DNA from: Desulfobacterales bacterium
GTDB lineage: Bacteria > Desulfobacterota > Desulfobacteria > Desulfobacterales > UBA2156
DNA: 64,000 bases
Assembly (NCBI GenBank): GCA_011049715.1
Contig: DRHF01000057.1
Location: forward strand, 797-64,796
Direction: 5' to 3'
Both the position numbers and the translations under genes were made by a program. The notes beneath the pieces were generated by a model. That model searched no databases, was not told the origin of the DNA, and saw nothing but the letters and a program-made list of their open reading frames with translations. Shown here in pieces: positions 1-9,730 of this stretch (position 1 is the stretch's first letter; the number at the start of each line of letters is the position of its first letter).

Positions 1-168
1 GCAACTGAACACAGAGCCTCCCCGTTGAGCGGCACCGAAGGTCTCTCCGATTGAGACGCTATAACCCTGTTTGGTTAAAATTCGGCCTATCAGCCTGGAT
101 ATCAGGATATTGCCTTGCCCGCCAACACCGCAGACCACAACGTTTGCCGGATCTTTTACGTTCTTCAT
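1..168 (-). CDS. iorB: indolepyruvate ferredoxin oxidoreductase beta subunit, N-terminal part (gene runs off the window start)
   Basis: Absent from the ORF track because it has no stop in the window. Manual minus-strand translation from ATG at 168 gives MKNVKDPANVVVCGVGGQGNILISRLIGRILTKQGYSVSIGETFGAAQRGGSVFSC, with the GxGGQG N-terminus of IorB/2-oxoacid oxidoreductase gamma-type subunits. ATGA start/stop overlap with iorA. GGGAGG lies 7 nt upstream. Confidence 0.7.
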   Translation of the reverse strand, partial: MKNVKDPANVVVCGVGGQGNILISRLIGRILTKQGYSVSIGETFGAAQRGGSVFSC

Positions 169-2066
169 CAAGAAACCTCCCTTTCTTTCTGAATCGTACC
201 AAATGGGCAAATATCGGTGCACACGCCGCACCCGCTGCAAATTTCGTCCAGAATTGCCGCCTTGCCGGTTTCAGGGTCCCAGGTCAGGCCTGGGCACTGG
301 AATTGGCTTGTACAAATCTGGCATTCTTCTCCACGGCATGAATCGTTATCCACTGTAATTGCGTAAGGTTTTGTCTTTTCCAGACGCATCCGCACCAACT
401 CACAGGGTCTTCTCATGATCAGCACTCGAACGCCGGTATCATCCTTCAGCAAATTTTGGACGGTTCGGATCGATTCACGTACATTGAAGGGGTCCGCAAC
501 TGTTACCTCGCATCCCAATGATTGACAAAGGGTCTCAATATCTATTCTTGGTGTCTTCTGTCCTAGTGCATTGAATCCAGTGCCAGGATTATTTTGAAAT
601 CCCGTCATGGCGGTCACCTGGTTGTCCAGCACCACCTGAATATAATTTGACTTGTTGGTAACTGCGTTGATCAGCGCAGGGATCGAGCTATGGAAAAACG
701 TCGAATCCCCACACATCGCCACCACCGGCTGTTTGTAACCGAATCGACGGAGTTGACCGAGACCGGATGCTAACCCGGCGCCGGAACCCATGGCATGAAG
801 CAAGTTCTGTTGTTTTTTTCCGCCCGGGAAAACATCAAGCGTATAACAACCAATGTCACCGGTAAGATAGGCATTGCGTCCATCCCGTTTCATGGCCTTC
901 TCCAGTGTCCAGAAGGTGGCTCTATGCGGGCAACCCGGGCACCAAGCGAGCCCTCGGCTGATAAGCAACTGATCGATCTCTTCGGAAAGCTTACGCTGAT
1001 CTGCTTCCAGTGACTTTTCATACGGAATCTCTAAAATTTGGGCCAGGGCTGCAATCACACGGTTCGGCGTAATTTCACCATAGTCCGGTATGTGTCCGGA
1101 CTCTCTGCCGAAGACATTCTTGTTGCTCAAGCGCGCGTCTGTCAGGGCAGCCTTTACGTAGACCTCGATGACTGGATCAACCTCTTCTGCAATCAGAACG
1201 CGCTCTGTTTGGGTAAGGAATTTTGTGACCAAATTGCTCGGAAACGGCCACAGCGTCGCAAGCTTCAGAATACCGACACTATTTTCGACACCAAGCGATT
1301 CCACCGCATCCCAGGCACACTGATACCCACTGCCACTGCAAATGATAACTACATCAGCGGGTTCAGGCCCTTCATACCGGTTGAAGGAAGAAGCTTCGAA
1401 ACGTTCTTTGATCCGGGCCAAGCGCTTTAGAACGGCGGCATGCTTGGGTCTGGCAAGATACGGGCTGATGGATGAATTGTTGTCTGTGCGGGCCTCGACC
1501 TCTTTTTTTTGTATTTTACCCAATTCGATGGGGTTGCTGGCATGGGAGAGGCGTGTATAACTTCTTAACATGACATGGCAATCGAATTCGTTGGACAATT
1601 CATAGGCCCATTTCACCAGGTCATTGGCTTCTGCAATAGTACTCGGCTCCAAAAGCGGCGCATAGCTGAAGCGAGCTAGCCATCGGGAATCGGTTTCATC
1701 ACCGCTGGAGTGACCATCTGGATCATCGCAAACCACCACTACCATGGAGCCTCCGTTTGCACCCAACCCTGTCATGCTGAGATGTGTCAGAAAATCCAAT
1801 GCAACACTTAAACCAGCATTTTTCATGGATGCCAAAGATTTGAGCCCAGCAAAGGCCGCTGCAGCCGCCCCTTCACAGGCTACCTTTTCGTTCACGGACC
1901 ATTCTACATAAACATCAGTCTCATCTGCGTAACCAACAATGGTGTTGATTATCTCAGATGAGGGGGTTCCCGGATAACCGGCTACAAATTTAACTCCAGC
2001 TTCCAGAGCAGAATGTGCGATCACCTCGTTGCCCAAAAGAAATTGAACGTCTTTTTTTTTGGTCAT
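168..2066 (-). CDS. iorA: indolepyruvate ferredoxin oxidoreductase alpha subunit
   Basis: ORF track 168..2156 (662 aa). TPP-enzyme architecture plus C-terminal ferredoxin motifs (CRGEECQICTSQFQCP, CSGCGVCTDICP). The long ORF starts at TTG 2156. I chose the first ATG (MTKKKDVQFLLGNEV) at 2066. Confidence 0.85.
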   Translation of the reverse strand: MTKKKDVQFLLGNEVIAHSALEAGVKFVAGYPGTPSSEIINTIVGYADETDVYVEWSVNEKVACEGAAAAAFAGLKSLASMKNAGLSVALDFLTHLSMTGLGANGGSMVVVVCDDPDGHSSGDETDSRWLARFSYAPLLEPSTIAEANDLVKWAYELSNEFDCHVMLRSYTRLSHASNPIELGKIQKKEVEARTDNNSSISPYLARPKHAAVLKRLARIKERFEASSFNRYEGPEPADVVIICSGSGYQCAWDAVESLGVENSVGILKLATLWPFPSNLVTKFLTQTERVLIAEEVDPVIEVYVKAALTDARLSNKNVFGRESGHIPDYGEITPNRVIAALAQILEIPYEKSLEADQRKLSEEIDQLLISRGLAWCPGCPHRATFWTLEKAMKRDGRNAYLTGDIGCYTLDVFPGGKKQQNLLHAMGSGAGLASGLGQLRRFGYKQPVVAMCGDSTFFHSSIPALINAVTNKSNYIQVVLDNQVTAMTGFQNNPGTGFNALGQKTPRIDIETLCQSLGCEVTVADPFNVRESIRTVQNLLKDDTGVRVLIMRRPCELVRMRLEKTKPYAITVDNDSCRGEECQICTSQFQCPGLTWDPETGKAAILDEICSGCGVCTDICPFGTIQKEREVS

Positions 2067-2196
2067 TTTTTTATCCAATCCATGGGGTAATGATTTTTTA
2101 GGGGGATTGAGCCATTCCTGTGACACGAAGGTAAAATATATCAGCTGCCTGGACAAAATTCTTCATGCCGGTCTCATTACAATCTAAAGTTAATTA

Positions 2197-2325
2197 ATTT
2201 GCCCCGATTACCGAACGGATAAATGATTCGTCTACGGGCATGAATTCCCCAGGTTCTTCAACTAAAAAGTGGCCGCCATAGCCTTCAATAATCTTTAGCT
2301 GAGAACCTCGTATCTGCGCATTCAT
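2197..2325 (-). pseudogene. possible C-terminal remnant of an alpha/beta-hydrolase gene
   Basis: 42-codon minus-strand ORF (below the track cut-off): MNAQIRGSQLKIIEGYGGHFLVEEPGEFMPVDESFIRSVIGAN. It resembles the ...GH....E.P..F......F tail of alpha/beta hydrolases. No N-terminal part is present. Confidence 0.3.
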
Positions 2326-2431
2326 TTGCCTTTAATTTAAGTGATTAAGGTTTCATTGAGTGGATGGCTCTATCTCTAAATTACATCTACCCAGATGTTA
2401 TGTTAGCTACTGACAACATTTTTTTTATTCT

Positions 2432-4162
2432 TCATTTTTCCAGATAGGCTCCTTTCATGGCCGACGTTGCCTGTCTGGAATAACGCTCAAGCACTCCTTG
2501 GGGTTGTTTAATGAGAGGTGGCTTCCATCGCTTTTTGCGATCTACAAGTAAGGCCTCAATTTCGCCTGCATTCTTCCGTTTATTATCCACAGCTACTATT
2601 GAAAGTACCCTATTTGGTATATCGATACGAATAAGATCCCCATCTTCAACCAAGGAGATAGGCCCTCCTATGGCCGCTTCGGGGGAGACATGTCCGACGC
2701 AGGGACCTCTTGTCGCCCCGGAAAATCGCCCGTCCGTTACGATGGCTGTATTACTGAGTGAGGGAATGGTAACAAGAGCCTCCGTGCAGGCGAGTATCTC
2801 CGGCATGCCGCTACCCCTTGGCCCCTCGTAGCGAAGAACTATCACAGAACCGGGTTCGACCTCACCGCTCAAGATGGCTGTCAGGGCCTTCTCCTCCTTA
2901 TTGAAGACTTTGGCCGGCCCTTCGTGGGTCAACATATCCGAAGGCACAGCTGAATATTTGATCACCGCCCCTTCAGGGGCAATGTTACCCTTTAAGACGG
3001 CGATCGATCCAAAACCCTTGCTTTTCTTTCTGGGATGGATCACATCCTCCCTTTTCAGGTGATAGTTGGCCAGATAGCCTTCTCCTCTTTGGAAAAATCC
3101 CTCTCTTTCGATCTCCTCAAGGTTTTCTTTGAGCGTCTTCCCCGTTACCGTCATGACGTTGAGATCCAGCATTTCTCTGAGTTCTATTTGGATACGGGGG
3201 ATGCTTCCAGCAAACCAAAAGAGTTCGCTCGTATACTCTCCTGAAGGCTGGACGTTTGCGAGATAGGGGACCTCATGGTTGATACGATCAAAAAGTTCGG
3301 CATCAATCTCGATGCCTAATTCTTGGGCAATGGCAGGGATGTGGAGAAGGACGTTGGTCGATCCGGATATAGCTGCATGGATCTTTATGGCGTTTTCAAA
3401 GGCCGCCTTTGTTAGGATATCCGAGGGCTTGATCCCCCTTTTGGAAAGGTCCAAAACCTTTCGTCCAGCCTTACGGGCCATGCGACGGATGTCGAACTGG
3501 CTCGCAGGGGAGAGCGCAGAGCCTGGAAAGGCCATGCCTAGAGCCTCAGACATGCATTGCATGGTGCTGGCGGTTCCCATGAACTGGCATGCTCCATAAC
3601 CGGGACAGCCAGTTAGTTTATAGTTCCTGATCTCTTTAGACACATCTTTTCCTTGCCGCATCTTTGTGGCTGTATCTCCTATCAAAATGCTGTGCCCCAT
3701 GTTAGGCCCGATCCGATTGCTGCCACCAGGGACATGAATAGCCGGAATGTTCAACCGAGATACAGCCATGAGATGCGCCGGAATGGACTTGTCACAGGAG
3801 GATATGACGATTAATCCGTCCCAAGGGATAACCCGGCCGTGGACCTCCACCAGATCGCAGAGGACCTCCCTGGAGAGTAAAATATAGTTCATTCCGTCAT
3901 GGAGCATGGCCCATCCATCACATATATCCGTCCCGTGAAAATTGGCCGGTTTGCCCCCTTCCTGATGGACACCAATCGAGGCCTCCTCGGCCAAGGAATT
4001 TAGGTGAAAGCTTCCAGGGTGGCTACTTCCATAAGCATCCTCCACCAGGATTTGAGGGCGACTGAGATCTCTCTCATCCCAGCCTGTGCCACAGGATAGG
4101 GCATCGATCTGGATCCAGTCCTCCCTTACCTTTTTGCTTCTTTGTTCTCTCTCACCCGACAT
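2432..4162 (-). CDS. IlvD/Edd family dehydratase (dihydroxy-acid / sugar-acid dehydratase)
   Basis: 583-aa ORF with IlvD/Edd signatures (SSCDKSIPAHLMA, GTASTMQCM, DGRFSGATRGPCVGHVSPEA). I preferred ATG 4162, preceded by AAGAGGA, over TTG 4183. Confidence 0.85.
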   Translation of the reverse strand: MSGEREQRSKKVREDWIQIDALSCGTGWDERDLSRPQILVEDAYGSSHPGSFHLNSLAEEASIGVHQEGGKPANFHGTDICDGWAMLHDGMNYILLSREVLCDLVEVHGRVIPWDGLIVISSCDKSIPAHLMAVSRLNIPAIHVPGGSNRIGPNMGHSILIGDTATKMRQGKDVSKEIRNYKLTGCPGYGACQFMGTASTMQCMSEALGMAFPGSALSPASQFDIRRMARKAGRKVLDLSKRGIKPSDILTKAAFENAIKIHAAISGSTNVLLHIPAIAQELGIEIDAELFDRINHEVPYLANVQPSGEYTSELFWFAGSIPRIQIELREMLDLNVMTVTGKTLKENLEEIEREGFFQRGEGYLANYHLKREDVIHPRKKSKGFGSIAVLKGNIAPEGAVIKYSAVPSDMLTHEGPAKVFNKEEKALTAILSGEVEPGSVIVLRYEGPRGSGMPEILACTEALVTIPSLSNTAIVTDGRFSGATRGPCVGHVSPEAAIGGPISLVEDGDLIRIDIPNRVLSIVAVDNKRKNAGEIEALLVDRKKRWKPPLIKQPQGVLERYSRQATSAMKGAYLEK

Positions 4163-4197
4163 AGAATTCCTCTTTCCGATCAAATCTCTTATTCATC

Positions 4198-5004
4198 TCA
4201 GTGTCTCAAGGAAGACACGACTTTGTTAGCACCCTGGAACAACATCCTTGTATCATATCCGACCACTATGTACCGGACACCCAAGTCAATCCATTTCTTG
4301 GCGGCGGCTTCGTTATCCGCAAAGGTCCCCACAACCATGTTTCTCTCATGGGCCTTAGCGATCACCTCTTTCATCTTTTGGATTACCGTGGGATGCTCCA
4401 CTTCTCCCGGGACTCCAGCTGATTGTGATAGGTCGTAGGGACCTAAAAAGACAATATCAAGACCGGGGGTATCAAGGATCGCATCGATATTTTTGACGCC
4501 CTCAAGGCCTTCCACATGCATAATGACCAGGTGGTTCTCGTTGGCCCAAGTCATATAGGTTCTGAAGAGCTCTGGGGAATAGCCTGAAGCGCGGACATAA
4601 GGATTAATTCCCCTTCCACCCATAGGATGGTACTTTGAATAGAAGACCGCCCTCTTGGCATCACCGGGAACGCAGATTTGAGGGATCTGTACTCCTATAG
4701 CACCGAAATCCAGCACTTCTGTCACCAGAGGCGCGGCATTTTCCTTGATCCTCACGACGGGCACGATGCCGCTAGCGTTGCAGGCCATGATCGACAATCT
4801 TGCGCTGTCAATGCCAAGGGGACCATGTTCAAAATCGATAATCACAAAATCGAAACCAGCAGATGCCAAAATCTCAATGACCATAGGATCCGACGACTGA
4901 ACAAAGGTTCCCAAGACAAAGGGTTTCTCCTCTAGCCACTCCCTCTTCTTCCATATCGACGGATCGGTAAATCCTCCATGGTTTCTTAATGCCTTAAAGA
5001 ACAT
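4198..5004 (-). CDS. HpcH/HpaI family 2-keto-3-deoxy-acid aldolase
   Basis: 268 aa with typical HpcH/HpaI blocks (FDFVIIDFEHGP, MHVEGLEGVKNIDAIL, VFLGPYDLSQS). Confidence 0.8.
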   Translation of the reverse strand: MFFKALRNHGGFTDPSIWKKREWLEEKPFVLGTFVQSSDPMVIEILASAGFDFVIIDFEHGPLGIDSARLSIMACNASGIVPVVRIKENAAPLVTEVLDFGAIGVQIPQICVPGDAKRAVFYSKYHPMGGRGINPYVRASGYSPELFRTYMTWANENHLVIMHVEGLEGVKNIDAILDTPGLDIVFLGPYDLSQSAGVPGEVEHPTVIQKMKEVIAKAHERNMVVGTFADNEAAAKKWIDLGVRYIVVGYDTRMLFQGANKVVSSLRH

Positions 5005-5051
5005 CTATTGTACCCCTTATAAAATCCTTGTCGGATCCTTTTTCTCAAGTC

Positions 5052-5954
5052 TTATGAATCAACGCCCGGACTGACCTCCGTGCCGGACATATACTCCAGT
5101 ACCCTGACAATAGAGGAATGATCCCAGTCAAGCCCGCCCTGAGCTGAAATCGCATTCCACAAATGTGAGACGTTAGCAGTGCCGGGCAGATACATTCCTA
5201 ACTCTTTTGCCATGTTCATGGCAATTTCATTATCCTTTTTGTGAAGTCTCACCATACCACCGGGAGTGAAGTTTCGATCAAGCATCCTTTGACCGTGGAG
5301 TTCTAGTACGCGGCTTTGAGCAAATCCACCGAGCAAAGCCTTGCGGACCCTTACAGGATCTACGCCAGATTTCCTGGCGAAGATTAAAGCCTCGGCAACT
5401 GCTTGAATCGTCATTGCAACAATGATTTGATTCGATGCCTTGGCCACTTGGCCAGCACCATGGACGCCCACGTAGGTAACATTCTTGCCCATCTTTTGGA
5501 GTATCGGCAAAGCTTGGTCAAAAACCGTTTTCTTTCCCCCCACCATGATAGATAATGTCCCCTCCCTGGCACCTGCTTCGCCGCCGCTCACCGGGGCATC
5601 GAGCATATCCATGCCAACTTTTTCAAGTTTTTCGGCGATCCGCCTTGCCGTAATAGGAGAAATAGTACTCATGTCGATAAGAATGGATCTCCTATTTTTA
5701 CTTTCAAGGACACCACCCTTACCCATAATCACTTTTTCCACGATATGATCATCCGGCAGCATAGTTATAAGTGCATCAGAAGACATCGCTGCCTCACTGG
5801 GTGAAAAAGCCTCCTCGACCTCAAACATTACCAAATCTTCCGATGCTCGCCGATTTACATCGTGCACAATTAACTGATAGCCACCATTTATAAGGTTTCT
5901 TGCCATGGGTTTACCCATGATACCAAGCCCTATGAATCCAATTCTTCTGATCAT
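5052..5954 (-). CDS. NAD(P)-dependent 2-hydroxy-3-oxopropionate (tartronate semialdehyde) / 3-hydroxyisobutyrate reductase family
   Basis: 300 aa with N-terminal Rossmann fold IGFIGLGIMGKPMARNL and beta-hydroxyacid dehydrogenase family blocks (DAPVSGG, GAGQVAKASNQ). Confidence 0.85.
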   Translation of the reverse strand: MIRRIGFIGLGIMGKPMARNLINGGYQLIVHDVNRRASEDLVMFEVEEAFSPSEAAMSSDALITMLPDDHIVEKVIMGKGGVLESKNRRSILIDMSTISPITARRIAEKLEKVGMDMLDAPVSGGEAGAREGTLSIMVGGKKTVFDQALPILQKMGKNVTYVGVHGAGQVAKASNQIIVAMTIQAVAEALIFARKSGVDPVRVRKALLGGFAQSRVLELHGQRMLDRNFTPGGMVRLHKKDNEIAMNMAKELGMYLPGTANVSHLWNAISAQGGLDWDHSSIVRVLEYMSGTEVSPGVDS

Positions 5955-5985
5955 TGAATCTCCTGCAGAAATTACTAAGTTGTAT

Positions 5986-6837
5986 TTATTTCATCACTAA
6001 TGTTTGGTAGCCTAACTTTATTGATATTTCATCTGTAACACTAAGAAGTGATTTTTTGATTTGAGCAAGTTTATCATTGTTCATGCGAACTGAAGGACCT
6101 GCAATACTAACAGATGCGATTACTTTCCTAGTGTGGTTTATAATTGGTGATGAAATACAACGAACTCCTTCGTAAAACTCCTCATTATCGATGGCATAAC
6201 CTTGCTCTTGGATTTGCGTTAAGCTTTTCATCAGTTTTTCAGGTGAATTGATCGTGTTGGTAGTGAGTTGTAAAAGATTATGGTCTTTCAGGTAGTCCTT
6301 AAGCTCCGCTTTACTCAGATGTGCAAGCAAAATCTTTCCTATGGCTGTACAATACGCTGGTACTCGAAATCCCACCTTAGTATCCATTCTTAGACTTTCA
6401 GTACTCTCCACCTTGTCAAGGTAAATGACTTCTCTTTTGTTAAGATATCCCAAATTGGCCGTTTCGCGAAATTGCTTCGCCAACTTTTCAAGAAATGGAT
6501 GGGCAACGGACAACAAACCTTTACGATTTATAACTGCGTTGCCAAGTTCAAATATTTTTAATGAAGCTGAGTAATTCCCTGTGTCTGGATTCTGTTCTAA
6601 ATACCCGAGATGGCGGAGGGTTGATAGAATGCGGTGAACATTTGATCTCTGCAAATTAAGTCTTTTTGCCAGTTCAGAGATGCTCTTTTCATGTTCCTCG
6701 CAAAGGATCTCCAAAATGGTGAAAACTTTTTTGGTGGAGCTAAGAAGAAAATAGGGTTTCTGCTCTGTTTCAGAAGGGATATCTTTCTTTTTCCCCCCCT
6801 TTTCCTGTAACGATGTTTTTGAATTAACCTCTTCCAT
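5986..6837 (-). CDS. IclR family transcriptional regulator
   Basis: 283 aa with an HTH (SISELAKRLNLQRSNVHRILSTLRHLGYL) and an IclR effector domain. It heads the minus-strand sugar-acid cluster. Confidence 0.85.
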   Translation of the reverse strand: MEEVNSKTSLQEKGGKKKDIPSETEQKPYFLLSSTKKVFTILEILCEEHEKSISELAKRLNLQRSNVHRILSTLRHLGYLEQNPDTGNYSASLKIFELGNAVINRKGLLSVAHPFLEKLAKQFRETANLGYLNKREVIYLDKVESTESLRMDTKVGFRVPAYCTAIGKILLAHLSKAELKDYLKDHNLLQLTTNTINSPEKLMKSLTQIQEQGYAIDNEEFYEGVRCISSPIINHTRKVIASVSIAGPSVRMNNDKLAQIKKSLLSVTDEISIKLGYQTLVMK

Positions 6838-7124
6838 CTTTGTTCATTCTCCTAAAGAGTTCCTATTTTACGAATTATACCTTGGTAACCGTTTATTTTT
6901 TCATTAACTCTTTCTTTTTTGTCTCATATAATAGAATAGGTATATTATATATTAGAACAAAGGCATTTGTCAAGGGATTTTTTCCGGCATAAAAACCAAC
7001 ATTAAAATTCAATGTGACGCCTTTGAAAGTCGTAGGAAATCCAAAAAATGATTTTACAGTTTCTGGTTAGTTGGCAGACACATTTAAAGCTTTTCAATGG
7101 TTTTCCATTTGTCTCACCTCTTAA

Positions 7125-7157
7125 AATTATTCTGTTTTCTTTAAACACAGAATAATT
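7125..7157. promoter_or_regulatory. perfect 11-bp inverted repeat (candidate operator) upstream of the toxin-antitoxin pair
   Basis: AATTATTCTGT (7125-7135) and ACAGAATAATT (7147-7157), spacer 11 nt, about 65 nt upstream of the 7222 ATG. Confidence 0.4.
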
Positions 7158-7221
7158 TCACTTTGATTTAATATTTTCAGGTCGATTTGAAAACTGTGAC
7201 GGAAAAAGGAGTGGTTGGAAG

Positions 7222-7467
7222 ATGTGTTACAACCATGATGTGCGGGAAAATGAGGTCGAGGAGGTACTCCAAAAGCCCGGTGAGGACCGGCCGGGCAAGG
7301 AAAACTCTCGAATTGCTATCGGACAGACACGGGGTGGGCGATATCTTCGAGTTATTTATGTCCCCGATCCTGAGCCCAACAGTGTATTTGTAATCACGGC
7401 ATATAAATTGGTAGGAAAACCCCTTAAAGCATATCGGCGTCGAGGCCGAAGGAGACAAAGACTATGA
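7222..7467 (+). CDS. small toxin-like protein (BrnT/DUF497- or DUF4258-like; family assignment tentative)
   Basis: 81 aa: ...ENEVEEVL...RIAIGQTRGGRYLRVIYVPDPEPNSVFVITAYKLVGKPLKAYRRR. ATGA overlap with the next small ORF, the typical TA layout. Confidence 0.6.
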   Translation: MCYNHDVRENEVEEVLQKPGEDRPGKENSRIAIGQTRGGRYLRVIYVPDPEPNSVFVITAYKLVGKPLKAYRRRGRRRQRL

Positions 7468-7661
7468 AACAAAATAGGTTCCCAAAAGGATGGGATGAAG
7501 AGCGCGTCAAGCGCGTTCTTGACCATTACGAAAACCAGACTGAGGATGAAGCGGTTGCCGAAGACGAAGCTGCTTGGGAAGATGCATCCCAGACTTTCGT
7601 CAAAGTTCCGAATGAACTGGTTCCTGCTGTGCGGGAATTGCTTGCAAAGAAGGTAGCCTGA
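7464..7661 (+). CDS. putative antitoxin (small acidic protein)
   Basis: 65 aa, acidic (WDEERVKRVLDHYENQTEDEAVAEDEAAWED). Translationally coupled (ATGA) to the upstream toxin-like gene. Confidence 0.55.
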   Translation: MKQNRFPKGWDEERVKRVLDHYENQTEDEAVAEDEAAWEDASQTFVKVPNELVPAVRELLAKKVA

Positions 7662-7829
7662 TCCTTCATTAACAAATATTGGGATTTACGTTTCAGAGCA
7701 CTTTAGCGGTCTAACTTTAATTTTGACAGCTTGATGCAATGGAGTTAGGGCTACCAATTTACTGATTCACAGAATTCACCCAGCTAAATTGATGATTTGG
7801 TTAATTTGCGTTTAACTGGTTTGACGGGC

Positions 7830-8228
7830 TTAATAAATGATATGAAGTTTCGAGAAGTATTTTTTGTAAAAGCCGCGGTCTCTTGTAAGGAGTTGATTCG
7901 CCTGTATCTCGGCATGTGCTCCTATTAAAAAATCAACCAGGATACGGTTGCGCCTGCCACCAGCTTTTCGATAATTTTTCCATATCCGTCCTGCATGGTA
8001 TGCCACCTTAAGATCCAAAGAGATGATACGAATGCTGAGGACTTTTAGCGCATCGTCCAGAAATGCTTTGCTGGAAAATTGTGGCGATAGTTCGGAATAT
8101 ATGATTTCATTGATGACTAGCGATCCCTGATTAAACGCCTGTTCTAAACCAATTTTTGATTTCTGCCCAAATTTGGGATCAGGTAAAAATACATCAAGCA
8201 ATACATTGGTGTCAACGAAGGTAATCAT
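7830..8228 (-). CDS. vapC: PIN-domain toxin VapC
   Basis: 132 aa with N-terminal MITFVDTNVLLD (PIN acidic residue). 4-nt overlap with the upstream antitoxin gene. Confidence 0.85.
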   Translation of the reverse strand: MITFVDTNVLLDVFLPDPKFGQKSKIGLEQAFNQGSLVINEIIYSELSPQFSSKAFLDDALKVLSIRIISLDLKVAYHAGRIWKNYRKAGGRRNRILVDFLIGAHAEIQANQLLTRDRGFYKKYFSKLHIIY

Positions 8229-8440
8229 CTGCCTCTTATCGACTCAATGTAAGGGTCCGTTCGGGCACTTTTTCTCAAAATTCCGTAGACTTGTTCCACA
8301 GGACTAACGTGGTGTGTTTTTTTTCGAATCAGCACACCTGTTTTTTTTGGGACGAAATCGACTTCGATTTGGTGCACAAGTCCATACTTTTCACGTATAT
8401 CCTTAGGAATGGTAACCTGTCCTCGCTCTCCAATTTTCAT
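8225..8440 (-). CDS. vapB: AbrB/MazE/SpoVT-type antitoxin VapB
   Basis: 71 aa. MKIGERGQVTIPKDIREKYGL is a SpoVT-AbrB swapped-hairpin motif. Overlaps the vapC start. Confidence 0.8.
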   Translation of the reverse strand: MKIGERGQVTIPKDIREKYGLVHQIEVDFVPKKTGVLIRKKTHHVSPVEQVYGILRKSARTDPYIESIRGR

Positions 8441-9513
8441 ATTGTATCACCCATACTTTCATAATTTAATTTACATATTAAAACTGTTTGATCCGAATGT
8501 CAATCGACCTTTGCAAAAACCCGAATTTTGTTCGTCTCAGGCGGGGAACTCGCGACCTTCCCGTCAGGAATGACGGGACAGTCTCACAAACGTTTCAATG
8601 AACTGTTTACTTTTACCCTGATTTTTCCCTTAAAATGCGCCCTATGTGGCTCCATGTTGCAAACCAGTGTAGAATCTCAGAAAAAATGAACAAGAAACCG
8701 GCAGTGTTTCTCAAGATAAATGATCTGAGTGCGGATATTCTCAAATAATTTGGACCGGCGTAAACGATATAACAATTAAAATAATTTGCCGATCAAATCG
8801 TTCGAGTCACTTTTAAAAAAACCAAATATTTGGTTTAATTTAATGTGAAAATCGCTATAATTCACTTGACTTGCCATCTTAAAATCATGATATCTGTAAT
8901 TGAAAGAACTGTGGTGAGTCCGGTGATACTGGCAAGGTATGTCAGGTTTTGATTCGGTCAAATTTGGGTCTGGATTTAGAGGATATCACAGGTTTCTTAA
9001 GATCTAAGGTACTCTCAATAAATCTTTATTCGCATGATATTTAGTTTTCTGGCCATAAACCTCCAAGACACCTCTACATTTTCCCAAATCATCCCAATTA
9101 GATATGATGCATTATACATTTAATTTACACTTAACCATAATTAGATTTATATACCACAATTTAACACATTGAAAATAAAGACAATTAACTATTGACATCA
9201 CGTAAAAACAATTCTATATCACATCGTGACATACATATTCCTCTCAATCTCATTTTATTCTCAAGTGAAACTTGGATTCCTTTTCTGATCTTCTAGCTGA
9301 GTTGTCCTCGTTTCTGAATTTCTGCTACACCGGAATATATTTGGTTCCCCTTTAGATTTAGCCTATGAAACAGGTAAAGATTCAATGGAGAAACCTCTCA
9401 AAATGTGCATACCTTGCTCCTGACAGGATATGGATGTCTTGTTAGGAGCTATTGTTTGTTTTCATCAATATAAAGTCCTTTTGAGATCAGAATTACAAAA
9501 TAGCTGATTGTAC

Positions 9514-9547
9514 AAGACAAGGGGGTCAGGTCTTCATTCTTCACTCT
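9514..9547 (+). repeat. 34-nt direct repeat, proximal copy (brackets potFGHI)
   Basis: AAGACAAGGGGGTCAGGTCTTCATTCTTCACTCT. 33/34 identical to 14187-14220. Confidence 0.9.
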
Positions 9548-9730
9548 TTTTAATGAAATTTTCTTATAAGGATACGAGATTACAGATAACAACATTAATA
9601 GGGTCTAATGCTTTTATTTGAAGCGTGCTTCATTAAGACCTGATTGGCACTCAAGCCACTGTGGCTTGGGAATTGTAATCCAGAGCGAATATTGCTCTTA
9701 TTTTTAAATGTTTAACTGAGGAGGTACGAT

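Noticed and set aside
9645-9662. TTGGCAC upstream of potF as a sigma54 -24 element.
   Set aside because: The required TTGC(A/T) -12 element is absent 5 nt downstream (the sequence is TGGCAC-TCAAG-CCAC).
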